Assembly (NCBI GenBank): GCA_965153355.1
Contig: OZ231126.1
Span: forward strand, 30,566,001 to 30,630,000
Length of the DNA: 64,000 nucleotides
Source: Flaccisagitta enflata
Taxonomy: Eukaryota
Direction: 5' to 3'
The notes beneath the pieces were generated by a model. That model made no database searches. It was not told where the DNA came from and was given only the letters and a program-made list of their open reading frames with translations. This document shows, in pieces, positions 50,028-64,000 of this stretch; position 1 is the first letter of the stretch; each line of letters opens with the position of its first letter. The translations under genes and the position numbers were made by a program.

Positions 50028-52593
50028 ACAAGACCAATTGGACCAATGTGCACAGAAAGGGGGGAGAGATGTTTTGCATTTTTTCTTTAAATCAAAACAA
50101 TTAGCCCAAAACAGGGCAAAAGTCCCCAACGGTTGGCGGGAGAGGTACTACCACGCGAATAAAAAAAAGACGCACCTCTTTATTCAATAATAAAACAGAT
50201 ACAAAAAACAATTTGCACTTTTCTTTATTGAGTCATATTGAAAATTTTTCAAAAAATCTTTTATTCTAGACTAATCCCAGGTCTGTATCTCAAACAGAGG
50301 CATGAGCAGGAAATCACTTCACTGCAAGAGCTTAGTTTTGGGGTATTACCCTAAACTTCCAGAAATATTTCGTTCAAGCGTTTTTTTAATTTTCAGACGG
50401 AAGAATAGACGGAAAATCATTTATGACGGTTCTTACGGTAAGCTTTTTTCGCGCTCTTTTTCTTCCTTTTTTTCAGCGGACTTTTCTATTCATAGTTTTC
50501 TTAATAACTTATGGGGGAACTTTGTTTACAAAAGAAATCAAGGAGTAGAATGCCATGGAAACCACAGGACACAACTTCATCAAATGCTTAGGAGCTAGAG
50601 CTCTGCAAAGAGAAGCACTATTTTGTTAAAATGCACTTTTTATGTAGGGATTGCGAAACTGAAATAGGCAACATTTTTACTAAACGAAAAAAGATAGCAA
50701 TACCTGGTTGGCGTCAAATAAAAGTACTTTTAAAGGGCTGTAAAATGGTCTAAGATTTTTAGTTTTTAGTCGCGTGCACGCGACTCTATGACCCACTCTG
50801 TCCGTCTGTCGGTCGGTCGGTCGGTCGGTAACCCTTAGCTTTTTTTCGTTGTTTTACGTCATTTTAGGTTATTTTGAGTCATTTTAAGTGATTTAAAGGT
50901 AATCTGAGCTAACTTACATTTAGTCTCTTAGTCTTTTGGTCTTTTAGTTTTTTGGTCTTATGGTCTTAACAACCGCACGCGACTGTAAGGTGTTGGCCTT
51001 GTTTAAACATTTATTAACTCAATTAACTATTTAAAAGTGCGTCTTTTTTTTTTTTTTTTTTTTTGATTCGCGTGGTAGAGACTCTACTAGAGTAATACAA
51101 AACTACAATTTGGTAGTATTTCACGCCTTACAATGACCTAAAACACTACAAAAAAGAAAAACAAGTGACGCGGGGTCACAATATTGTTGCGGACGGGTTA
51201 GCAGGGGCATCCAACCCCCCATCCACACCCTAACCCACCGCCAACACTAAAAGTATCGAAAACGCTCGTTTCTCCACTATTCAACTTGATGACCGCTTCC
51301 GACGGACGGACGGACGGACGGAAGGACGGACGGACGGACGGACGGACGGACGGACGGACGGACGGACGGACGGACGGACGGACGGACGGACAAAGCCTCT
51401 TTTAGAGTTGCGTGTCCGCAACTAACAAGACTAAATTTCAAAAATACTTGACAGAACGGTGGGTGGACGATATGACTGACCGACAGAGCAAGGTGAACAG
51501 TCGCATGTCCGCGACTAAAAATGCATTTTGGAAGGATGGTATGCTTATCGTGGAGATAACAGGACCTATGAGCAATCGTATGAATGTTGAAAAAATATAG
51601 TTTCTCGAGTTTTTGAAGGAAAACATGCCCGAGTCCGAATCCAACCAATTTTTTCTTGGCGTTGAAAAAAAAAGAAAATCCCAAATTTCATGGAAAAACA
51701 GAAAACGCGGTTCACTAAGTCAAGGTCAAGATAGAACAACAACAAGCTTAAAATCGCTTCTTGATCTTATGCAATTAAGAGAAATGGTGGGAAGGCGCGC
51801 ATTTATGGGAAATCAAGACGGTTAGTTGGTAGGAGGATAAGTCGGTCCATGGTGATTGTCATTCATATGATTTTCCAGCCTAACAATCGAATCAGGGACC
51901 TAGTTCATGGTTGATGATAGGACAAAGAAAATCAGTCTTTTATAAAATCAAATTCATTCTGCGATTTTAACTTCCTCAGACGATGAGTTGCAAGACGCAA
52001 AAATTGGACATCTAGACTATTAGGCTTTGAAGCCATGTTTCATGACGCTGGAATAGCGATTTCTGAGCATTACTACACCTGCCCTGTCACATTACAGCCC
52101 CCACCAATGCCACAGTGCCACTGCCCACCTGCATTGCTGCCCCTGCTCACTCGCCAGCGACTACTTCATGGTCGTGTATTCAACCTTGTAGCTTTTTTTT
52201 TTTTTTTTTTTTTGCTTTTTTTGCTTTTTTTGATCATCGTTGCGCATCCGCAAAATAGTGCGTCCATTTGTTTTGAACTGAGGAGAAGATTTTTTCATGA
52301 AACGAAAAATGGGAATAACATGAGATTGCACTCGCTTTTAAACTTTCCTTCCATCCTCATTTAGACTTGCGTAATTTGGTAAGTGCTTTTTTTTTTCAAG
52401 TGAACATGACAGCCCTTGGGTCACGAATATATTGCTTGAGTAATAAAAGATGTTACTTTGAATTCATGTTAATCTCCAAGGTTCACTGAACTTCTGGAAA
52501 AATCTGTTGTTGTTGTAGTTGATGTAGTTGTTGTTGTTGTTGTAGTTTTAGTTGTTGTAGTTTTAGTTGTTGTTGTTGTTGTTGTTGTTGTTT

Positions 52594-52625
<32 letters not shown>

Positions 52626-52638
52626 GAAGTTGTTGAAG

Positions 52639-52731
<93 letters not shown>

Positions 52732-53747
52732 TAAAAAGCTTCAGTTAAAAATTCATCTAACTAGTTGTATCAGAAGCATGCTTCTTATGCTTTTAAAACA
52801 AGGCAAGGCAAGGCAAGGCAAGGCAAGGCTTTTAAAACATGGCAATGCATTAGCAGACGGTTGGCAGGAGCAGTAATGCGAAAACCGCTCGCAATTCAAA
52901 AATGTTACGTACCGAACGACCGACGGACTGACATGGAGTCGCGTGTCCGTGACTAAAAATCAACTGATGGTCACTTTACATTTGAACTAGATAATACCCC
53001 TTCGGCCTACACAGAAGTTTCTCTGTCCATCTGATAAGAGCTACTTTTGGTTTACAAAATGTGTACAAGTTGAAATCTTCAAATAAGTTCAATTGAAATT
53101 TTGTATTGCTCAAAACGTTCCGTATTCCTTATTCACATTTTGAGGCTGGCCGAAATCTTCCCAAGCGAAATTTCCTTCCTTCTTACGATCGAAAAAAAGA
53201 ATGTAATTGATATTTCAAGTCCGCGCGGCCGCGTCACTCCGAAAAATGTCCGGCATTTTTATATTTTTTTCTAAAATGTGATAAAAAGTAGTGGTGTATA
53301 TAGTTGCTAAAATATTGAATTTGTGCTCAAGGAGACAGGCATACGTTTCGGATATTCCCACAGTTTTCAGATGACACCTGTCGCAATAACACTGAAAATG
53401 CAACACCATAAAACGCAAGTGGCACAATAACATGATTGATTTGTGTTTTTCATGTTTTTGCATTTACAATGATTGTGAGACAAGTGGTTTCTTGTCTTAC
53501 TGTTGATTTGTATCTGTTGAGCCGTTCTTTGGTAAGGATTAAGGTGGAATTTTGATAATTCTTAGGATAGCTGTGAAAGGTGCGCATTAGCCACCAGTAA
53601 GAGCTCCTAAGGCTCTTCTCCTTACTTTAGTATTTTGGCTGTAATGTTATGTTGTCCAACTCATAAGTGGAGCAAGAATCCTCATATTGTGGAAAAAGAA
53701 TTGTCGGGAACTTGTCCCAGGAGTATTTAATGACCTTACTTATTCCG

Positions 53748-53838
<91 letters not shown>

Positions 53839-53856
53839 GGTTGTTGTCGTTGTTAA

Positions 53857-53944
<88 letters not shown>

Positions 53945-55715
53945 GCTCTTGTAAAGGTTGTTAGGTGGAAATGTTGAAGCAATTTTCCCGGAAATCCGTC
54001 GCTGTGCTAAGTCAACAATAAAGCCAGATTTAAGCCTCTTTTTAAATAATTCGTATTGTGTGGGAGTGAGTCAGAGGCACAGAGACAGAGATAGAGACAG
54101 AGACTGAGACAGAGATAGAGACAGTAATAGAGACCCCTTCTATTCACGACTGGAATTCGAGATGACAAAGTTCAGTTGTTTGGCGATAAAAATCCGATTA
54201 AGAAAGAAAAATATCACCTTGGACAATTCTAAAATTCCTTTTTGATGAGCACAGGCCAAAAAGAAAGAAAAGCAACGCTCGCGGACGATGGGCTAAGGGC
54301 CTAGGGGCAGTGCAACAAAAAAAACTTGACAGATAGACATCTAAGAATGACCTGTAGCTGTGGAAAGGCCATAATGCTAAAATACAGGCGTGCATAAAGT
54401 TGAGTATTTCCCCCCCCCCCCTTTTACGTGAAGGGAGAATAAAATCAAAGGGTTTGGAGATAGGGAAAAAATCAAAAGCTTGAAAAAAAGAAAAAAGAAA
54501 TTTTCTGAAGATTTTACACTTTTGGTAGTACCAAAAGGTAAAATTTGATTACTACAAGACAGTTTAACACTGCTTAAACCTATAATATATTGTTTCATTG
54601 CTTTGTGGGGAAGAAAATCATGAATTTTAAAATGCGACGTGATACGTCGCGGGGAAGAAAATCAAAGGCAGGGAATAAAATCAAAGCCGGTCAATTATAT
54701 ACACCCCACTACCAATAAAGGCGGCTCTCGCCGTAGGAAAAAAGTCGTAAGTGCGAGGTTTTGGATTTCTTGTGATTGTGTTTTGTCTGGTTGACTGTTT
54801 TTTTTTTCTTTGGGCATCTTTTCGGTTTGTTCCACTCTCTACATGTGTTTCTCTGTTTGTTCTTTGTTTGCACTTCTCTTTCTTTCTTTCTCACTCTATT
54901 TCTCTCTCCAATTCTCATTTTCTCTCTCCCCTTCTCTCTCCCTCTCTCTCCCTTTTTCTCATGTAACACGGGGTTACAATATTGTTGCGGACAGGTGGAC
55001 AGAGGCATCCAACCCCTATCCACACCCCAACTTCAACCCCCACACACAAACATCTAGACCGCTTGTTTTTCCAGTTTTTCACTTGGATGGACAGACGGAC
55101 CAACAGACCAATGGATGGACTGACGGACAAAGCCTCTCCAGAGTTGAAATGAGAGAGACTGTGCTGCGAGGATACACTATCATCACCTGGGACATTTCAA
55201 TATTCAAATAGACTTCAACTAACTTGATTCCTTGTTTATGGGAAAAATGCAAAAAATGCGAAAAAATGTAAAAGATTTTAAAAATCATAGCTCCAAAACT
55301 ATCGATCGCACAGAATTCTGCTTGGCGTCATCTGAAAGAGGAGAATTAGTTCTTTCTTAACTAATAATTTCATGCATATTCATATTCTACCCCCAAAATG
55401 CGCCAACTTGCCCAAACGCCTCTTAAAACAAAGGGAAATCCGTTTTCCTCTGCAGGACTTTAAAAGACCGTAGGGACTTCGTGTCTCTTTGACTTTTTTC
55501 CAAACAATGTTATGGACCGACTGATGACTTGACCGAGGGAGGAATGACGGAACAACAAGACAACGTATACTCTTGCGTGTAAACCCACACCCCAACTCTA
55601 CCTCAACCCCCAAAGGATGAATTTGTTACTGAGTTAAGAGTAGTAGGAGTAAGATATTGAAACTAGTGAAAATTATGTGAGTCCACCTCAATATGTGAGG
55701 GCGAGGCCTATTCAC

Positions 55716-55785
<70 letters not shown>

Positions 55786-55899
55786 ACTGTAAAAAAGAAG
55801 AAATTGATTTTTGTTAATCTACGACCTTAAAAAAAAGAAATTAGCAGTTTTTTCTCTGAGATAATGGCTGATTAATGAAATCAACGGAAGAATAAGAGA

Positions 55900-55983
<84 letters not shown>

Positions 55984-58900
55984 AAGAGACAGAAAGAGAC
56001 AGACAAAAGACTCTCTGATTCTACCCCCTCCCCTCACCTTGCATTTGATTTTCTTCTCCGCGACGTATGGCGTTGCCTTTCGAAATCATGATTTTCTTTC
56101 CGATAAAGTAAAACAAAAGTTTATCATAAACTTTACATATATTGAATTGTGTTGCACTGTTACACTAATAAGGTTTTACCTGCTGTGCCAGGGTAGGCGA
56201 GAGGATGCCATCGTCAAGGTCCAGGGGTAGAATGCTCAAAGAAGAAGGTGACTGCCATAAACTCAGAGAGAAAAGTAGATCCCTAAGAGCCCGCGGGGAA
56301 AGTGTACTGAGGAAGAACCAAACTGAGCAAAAGATAGTCCTAATCAAGACCCTAAGGCCCTAATGAATATGCCACAGTTCCCCCAGGGGCTGTGGCGCAT
56401 GTCACTCAATATGGTAACTAACCTAAAGGGGGAAAGAGATAGTAGCCAAGAACGGGGGAAAAGCAAAGGAGAGAGTAGAGGACTGAAGAAGGGAGGAGCA
56501 AGGGTAAGGCCCTAGAGGGCCTCTTGAAGGTGAGAAGCCTAAAGAGAGTGGGGTGGCTTCTGCTAGAGAGAAGACAGAGCTTCTTTTAGTAGGCAGAAGT
56601 GGGGAAGATGAAGCAGCAGAAGAGGAAGCCTCAAGGCAACTGTCAGTGAGAAGGAAGAAAGCAGGACAAGAGCAACTAAAGGCAAGGGAAGGAGGTATCC
56701 CCTCAACTCAGATATCAGAAAGAGAAATAAAGGGGCAATGTCCGGGCACAACATTACCAGTAATGTCGGCTGTCACCGTGAGGAAAAAAGTTGTAAGCAT
56801 TGTTCACTTTTCACCAGACATGTCTTTAGTTACTGCAAATTTTTTCATTCATTAGATTAAATCAAGAGCAATTGTATGTTTTGATTGCACTGAAAATCAG
56901 AGAAAAATAGGGCTGAGCCAAATGAGCTAGATAAGCTAAAATGCTCAAAATCACTCAACTAGACAACCAGCTATGCTCACTGACATGCTTTTTTGTATTT
57001 GCATGCTCAAATCAAAACATTTGTTTATTCATCCCATTAAAAATCTGAAAAAAAAACCCTAGCTAAATGAGCTAAGTGAGCTAGAATACTTTAAACAAGG
57101 CCGTATACACAACCACCAGTTACGGACGGGTGGGCAGGGGCGGAAATGCGCGTTTTCCTACTTTTCAACTCGAGCGTGATGGATGGACAGACGGATGGAC
57201 CAACCAACAAACCAACCAACCGACCAACGGACGGACAGACAAAGACTATTATAGAGTTGCTTGTCCTCAACTGAAAACCCTCACAGATGACCAGGTATGG
57301 TCACTAGCATGCTGTTTTGTATCTGCTTGCTTAAACGTGTATCAAAATATTTATTTATTGCATTTCAAAAGAGAAAAAAAAGACTGAGCTAAATGAGCTA
57401 AATGAGCTAGAAAGCTCAAAAAGAGCCTCACAGATGAGCAGGTATATAAACATGTTTTTTTTGTAACTATGGCAAAATAAAAAAGTGAACTACTTGTTTG
57501 TCAATGTTTCACATCCAAGCAATGAAAAAAACGTAGCAAAATCTATAACCATTTTAAAGATCTGCAAAAGATCTTTAAAATGAGACCCCGCTGGATGTTC
57601 TAGCTTTATTCTTTTAGAAATGGCATTAGAATGAAAACAGCTAGTCAAAAATTTGGAAATTCACTGTGCCATTTGCATCGTTTATCTTTATTCTAACATA
57701 AAAATTTAACGCATCGAGTTAAAAGTTGTTGTTGGCGCCATTTTATAGAAAATAAAAAGCTCTTCGATTTACTTATGGATAACGAGTAGCTGAGATAATC
57801 CTGAGCTGCGTTATTGACAAAAACGGAAAAACTAAAATTGCTTATTTGAAAAAAATTAAAATAAGCACTTTTTTGAATCAGCGATTTTTTTTTTCAAACC
57901 ATTGCCATTTCTAAACGAGTAAAGCTACAATAACCAGCAACGTTGCATTAATAAAAATTTTTTGAAGAGCTTTAAAACGGTCATGGATTTTCTATGGTTC
58001 AGGCACATAGTTAAGCTGAAACTAGCAAAACAAAGTGTTCGCTTTTTTTCTTTGCCATAGTTATTTGCATGCTCAAACGAACATAAATACACTCCTTTAT
58101 TGATCCTACTTAGAATCATAATAAAGTAGATCTTTAAAAAATCATAGCGTGAAAAATATTTGTCGTAGAGCATTCTGCATGGTGCCAAATGAAAGAGAAA
58201 TATCAAATTTACTTACCCTAACAATCTTATTGGATGCCACACATCTGAAATAACTGATAATTATGAACAATTTCCTTTGTTTATTTTTAGTCCTTGAATT
58301 TTAGAATTAGAAATACTTGCCTTGTCAAACTCATAATAAAAATTCTAGATCAGCATTTTGTTCATTAACTATGGCAAAAAAAAAAAGCGAACAGTTACTT
58401 CTTTTGCTTATAAATCCTTTGAAAATGCACCCAGTGTGCTAAAATTTTTACTGGAGTTACTTTTTGGTATTATTAAGCATCACTGAAAAAATCGATGTCC
58501 TGCTCTAAATAGTTTAGGAATTATAGATTTTTAAAAAGTGCTTGTCCGATGATCAGAAATTCAAGGTACACACATAAGAATTTTCAAAGAATGAATAAAC
58601 AAATTTTAAAAAACCACACTAAATCTAGTCCGATTTTTATGAAATTTGAAGTGGAAGTAGACCACATTATTAGCAGGCTGTGGTAAAAATTTCATAACGA
58701 AACTCCAGTTATCTTAGCAGAAACAGCAAATTTTCCAAAAAAAATCTTTATGGGTTTAAGAATGAAGTTAATGAAGATAAAACCTGAAATATAAAGTAAT
58801 GCTATGGCCATAATTTTTTACCGATTATCATGATTTTTTAACTGGTAACTTTTGTACATATGAATATTCTACAGTAAAATTTTTGTGAAGATGGAAGCAT

Positions 58901-60414
58901 TCTTAGTCTCCCAAATTGCAAAAATATTCTTACAGGTAGCTGAATATTTCTTATCCTGAGCAAGCTTAAAATCAACCAATATATACCCCACTAGACTCTA
59001 TCTGAGTAGAAGCGAATTTTGCCTAGTATTAGTAAATAGCACCATCAGACTACAGTTCAAAAATCATAACAAAACTCTTAAAACTGTTTGCACAATGCTA
59101 ATTTTACTAAAAATAGAATTATTTTGATTTAGGATAAATGTCATCTCTGGCAGTCAAAAAAAGAGGTGACTTCAGTAAAAACGTGATAACGGCTAAAGTA
59201 TTTAACGGATTTTGATGAAATCTTAACCAGACATAGTCCAAATCATGGTTATCATTCCCTGTAAATTTTGTGCAAATTGGTCAACATCTTCTTATGTTTT
59301 TGCTCTCTCAAAATTCGTTCGCTTTTTTATTTTGCCATAGTTATTACTAAGATGATGGCCTTTACTTTTCTCCTTTTTGTTTAGGAATAAGCAAAACCTG
59401 AAAAAACAATCTGATAAACCTATCAATTAATAAATAAGAGGGTTATCTAGGCAACGAGTGTGGGAGCTTTTCCCCTATGTTCGCTTGATTGAGATTCTCA
59501 ACTTCCTAATAAGAAAATGAAAACCATGTTTCTCTCGAATATGTCAAAAAGTCGAAGACTGACTTCGACTTTTTTCTCGATAATTCGATCCTGCCAAAAG
59601 TACTATTTTCTCCAAATTTTCTTTTTTTCTCTTTTCCCTGTCCCATCTTCAAACCCTTCGAACTCAAAATATTTGCCGGAAAAAACGGTTTCGATCATAC
59701 AGAAAACAAAATTAACAAACAGATCTACACGGTGCATCATAAGCAAAAGCGATGTAAATCTTGTTTTCTTTTTTTAGTTGCGGACACGCAACTCTACAAG
59801 AGGCTTTGTCTGTCCGTCCGTTGGTCCGTAGGTCCGTCTGTCCGTAATGATCAAGTTGGAAAGTGTGAACACGCGCATTACCGCCCCAGCCAGCCCGTCC
59901 GCAACTGGTGGCCGTGTATCCGGCCTTGTTTCTTTTCTGCCGCGAACACGTAGCTCTTTACGTTGCTCTGTCTGTCCGTCAGTCGGTTGAACTGTTTGCT
60001 GGTCTGTTGGTCGGTCGTTCCATCGGTCGGCCCATCGGTTGGTCCATTAGATTTTTTATTTTAATGGCCTTTTTCATCTTTTCGTGGCATTTAAGGTTAT
60101 TCTTGGGTATTTTCTGTCCTTCTCAGGTGTGAGCATTCTTTGTAGCACTGCCCCTGCTTGTCTTGGTGATGGGCGTTCTGCGATAACGTTCTGACCCACG
60201 ATTGGCTTGAAATTATGAGTCTTAGCCGCGTGGAAGTTGGTTCGTTAATAAGTTGGGAAGTTAGTCATGCGGTAATGAAACAAGACAAGAAATGTGGTAT
60301 GATAATGACATAAATGACCAAATGTGGCACAGGATTGGTAACCGTAACGAGACATAATAATCACATCACAGGAATGACACAATGTGAAATAAAAGCAAAG
60401 CCGTTACTATGAGG

Positions 60415-60506
<92 letters not shown>

Positions 60507-61325
60507 CTCAATTTATTGAGAAAAAAAAAACCGGTCCCCAAGACCGAAAATATAAAAAAAAAACACTCGATGTGTCGGAGTGGGTTTTTTACATGACTTT
60601 TTTTTCTGTTTCTTTTTTTTTTTTTCAATTCTTGTTAATTCTTTGTTAATTTCTTGCATGAAAGAATACCAAAGATCCGTTTAACATTCTCTTTATCAGT
60701 CGGACCTCACCTGCGGTCCTGAGCTGCGCCGTCTGTTTCCTGCTCTTTGATCTTGGACAAGTGGCTCTTGGACCAAGTGGATCTTGGACATCAATCAACG
60801 ATGCGTTCTCAGCGGTGTTGAGTCGTTGATGTATGATAGGTGGAACGATATCCCTCACTATGCCAAAACTTAAAAATATGGAAGAGGGCCTCGTGAGCCC
60901 TCACTGACTAGTTACTACGTGCATCACCCCAAGTTTTCCATACAGCAAAACTAACATAGTTAACATCCATTCTGAATCTAACCAAAACACCAATGCTTAC
61001 CAAAATAGACATGGGCAAATGATTGTTACCTGTGTTACCTGTGTTACCCGAGGGTAACATTGTTAAGAATGATTTTACTTACATTATGAATGAGTTTGTT
61101 GGTCACTCCTTTGAATTAGTTGGTCACGCTTAACTTCTTTTGACATTTGAGGTCTGTTTTTACAACCTGCCCAAATTCTTGGGGGTAGGCTTTTTTCATA
61201 GTTCTCCCTGCCTAGAAGTTCCCAACTTGGCCAAGCTTGGGTAGCCGTGTATCCGAAATTGTTTTGAAGATATTCTGCTTATTCGTTTCTGTGCCCATTT
61301 GCTAGTATAGTATCAATCTAACTTA

Positions 61326-61925
61326 CAGTACGATGGGAGCAAAGACGACCTAGATTGGAGGATAGATTTTAGGTATTTTAATTTTATTTAATTTATAGAA
61401 AAAATTGAGATTTATGCTAATTAAAGGCTGCTTTATTGCTTGAATATATTAGCTTTTCTCATTCTTCAACTTGTGACTTGACATCATCAGGACTTCATTT
61501 TCCAACATTCTAACCTAGCCCATCAGATTGGGCTAAAAATTCTACATAATTTTGAAAAAAAATCAGCTCAATCGGACTATTTTTACAGGTTTTACAGCTA
61601 TTTTTCAAGAAGAACAATTATGTAAATTAATATCTGGGCAAAGCTTAAAACTAGCATAAAACATGTAAAAATAGTCCGATTGAGCTGATTTTTTTTGGTA
61701 ATTTATATAAAATTTTCTGCCCAATCTGATGAGCTAGGTTAGAACATTGAAAAATGAAGTCCTGAAGAAGTCAAGTCATAAGTTGAAAAATGAGAGAAGC
61801 TAATATATTCAAGCAATAAAGCAACCTTTAAATAATATAAATCTCAATTTTTTTATACATCAAATAAAATTAAGATATCTAAAATATATCCTCCAGTCTA
61901 GGTCGTCTTTGCTCCCATCGTACTG
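61326..61925. mobile_element. 600-bp almost fully palindromic TA-flanked MITE
   Basis: ta|cagtacgatgggagcaaagacgacctag ... ctaggtcgtctttgctcccatcgtactg|ta; arms pair nearly to the centre. Confidence 0.9.
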
Positions 61926-62522
61926 TACGTCGATGATTAATTTTCTATGCTCACCTCGCCAACTCTACAGTGCTTGCTAACTTTTCATCTTGCTCACTTC
62001 TTTCACTCAATTGGCTCACTGACTCACTCATCTATTAAACAAAATTTGCATGCACATCAAATTTCTTACTCATGTCACACCGGAAAGTACGCTCACTCAT
62101 TACATTCAAACTATTCACTCATTAACTCGCTCACTGCAAAACTCACTCCATATGCTCAGTTTGCTCACTTAGTCACTTGCTCAGCTCTATTTACTCATTT
62201 TGTCCAATTGAATTTTTGTTGAGGCGGTTTTTATTTTGGAGTGAGAACTCATCGAATTTTTTCTCTTAAAGGTTATAAAAACACGAACGAGAAGGAAACA
62301 GTATTGAAAATATCAAATGTTTATACATTCTAAAATCAAAATAGGGGGATTCAGGGAAATGTCTGTCAAAAATCCAACTTCCAAGCACAAATTTCTGAAT
62401 GTGGGAATGAAAAGAGAGTAATAGACTGGCCGAGGGCAACGCAGGACACGAGGTAGAACAGTGTGGATGTACACACAAGTGGACAATATGCGTTCGGGTG
62501 GGAGGGGACAATCGCCACTGGG

Positions 62523-62595
<73 letters not shown>

Positions 62596-62945
62596 AGAAG
62601 AAGAAGAAGAAGAAGAAGAAGAAGAAGAAGAAGAAGAAGAAGAAGAAGAAGAAGAAGAAGAAGAAGAAGAAGAAGAAGAAGAAGAAGAAGAAGAAGAAGA
62701 AGAAGAAGAAGAAGAAGAAGAAGAAGAAGAAGAAGAAGAAGAAGAAGAAGAAGAAGAAGAAGAAGAAGAAGAAGAAGAAGAAGAAGAAGAAGAAGAAGAA
62801 GAAGAAGAAGAAGAAGAAGAAGAAGAAGAAGAAGAAGAAGAAGAAGAAGAAGAAGAAGAAGAAGAAGAAGAAGAAGAAGAAGAAGAAGAAGGAGACAAAG
62901 ACGACGAAGAAAAAGAAGAAGAAAGAGAAGAAGTAGAAAAAAAAG
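62523..62945. repeat. (GA)n followed by about 300 bp of (GAA)n
   Basis: Directly visible. Other SSRs: (GA)n 5439, 8498, 19106, 60420; (CA)n 9863, 34428; (CAA/TTG)n 7197, 19887, 22236, 25077, 52505, 53747; (GAT)n 6071; (TTCC)n 32720; (CTT)n 37745; (GAAT)n 43654. Confidence 0.97.
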
Positions 62946-64000
62946 AATTTGTGCGGCGCAATATATTATAATCAGGTAAAGAAGAGAAAATAATTTTGTT
63001 GGCTTTTTGGTCATAATCTAACTTCCTGTTTGATGTGTTCATAAACCCTTTCTCCTTTCTTGACAAGGGATTTCGATCTGAAATCGAACCGCACAGTACA
63101 CCACAATCGCTGATGTTAATCCTTATGAAAAAACATCGAGCCGCACAATACACCCCATTTGATTTTTTGGATTTCGATCCGACATTTAACCGCATGCGCA
63201 CAGTGCACCGTTATTAATGAATTTGATCCCGGGTAAATTGAGTAGCCACAATCAATGATGTTATCCTAGTAAACTGTAAAGCTGCAACTTCAGCTTAAGG
63301 AAGCAGTTCATCCTGTAATTTGGTGGGTGGGAGGCTTCAAGAACTTGAATGGCAAAATAGAGGAAGCAGTAAGAGAAACACTCTCATTCTACTCTTGCTT
63401 TCTTTCTACTATCAAGATAATCCACTTCTGTATTTCCAGTAAAGCCATAAAAGATGATGTTGATATTGGAATTAATACATATGAAAGGAATGAAACAAGC
63501 TTTTTTTTTCCTACAATTCTATCCTTGACTTTATTTCTCCTGCGATTGCAAATACCCACCTTTTTTTATGGGGAAATCAAATCAATATTAAGGTTTAAAG
63601 AATGTAATCTTATTGAAACTTATAACCAACTTTGGTGAAATTTGATCAGACTTTGCGCATAGCGCCGTCCAAACTGATCCGAGTGTAATGGAACGTGCAC
63701 TGAATCATGTCACAAAGGCGAAGGCACACTTTTACTATCTTTCTTATTATGCCGTTTATACGAGGTAGTATAATTCCCACTAGAATGAAAAATGAATATC
63801 TAAATATTGTAGCAGAATAGGAAGGAAGTACGGAAAACAGGTCGCCCAAGGGCAATATGTGGTCAGGGATACCCGTTGCCCTGCTTTGCATGATTGTGAA
63901 ATGGAGGGAGAGGAAGCAGGGCAGCGGCCCCAAAGGGGGCGAAGTCCTGTAGAACACAGGGGGACTTTCGTTCGTCATTCCGTCTGTCCGTCCATCCATC

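Noticed and set aside
56158-56753. Purine-rich block as a solo LTR
   Set aside because: TG..CA ends and an AATAAA can be chosen, but I found no matching target-site duplication.
60646-60870. 70-aa ORF with a good donor (GCAG|gtgagg) as an exon of a fourth gene
   Set aside because: There is no ATG start or recognisable homology, its 5' part matches a repeat fragment at about 22777-22810, and I found no partner exons. It could still be a non-coding exon.

Overview
Eukaryotic (most likely invertebrate metazoan) genomic DNA, AT-rich and dense in microsatellites and non-autonomous transposons, with no prokaryotic features. I reconstructed three minus-strand spliced genes by hand from GT-AG sites and reading-frame phases. 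Genes A (44204->33304, 10 exons, 515 aa) and B (27554->17243, 10 exons, 452 aa) are tandem paralogous histidine acid phosphatases (RHGARTP and HD motifs, signal peptide, C-terminal TM helix). Their exons 2-8 have identical lengths. Gene C (15890->beyond base 1, at least 8 exons, at least 2278 aa) is a very large low-complexity protein with no domain I recognise. Mobile DNA includes a decayed Academ-like transposon (11161-15535, TAG..CTA ends, ATT target duplication) carrying four nested insertions, about 25 Helentron-associated (HINE/DINE-1-like) elements, two of which contain kb-scale satellite arrays, and many TA-flanked MITEs. The most unusual pattern is that short tandem duplications repeatedly sit on gene punctuation: arrays of 5' splice donors (16x45 bp and 5x63 bp in gene B, decayed copies in genes A and C), a triplicated start codon that creates uORFs in gene C, and a 29-bp array across the stop codon of gene A. 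All gene models are manual predictions without transcript support.
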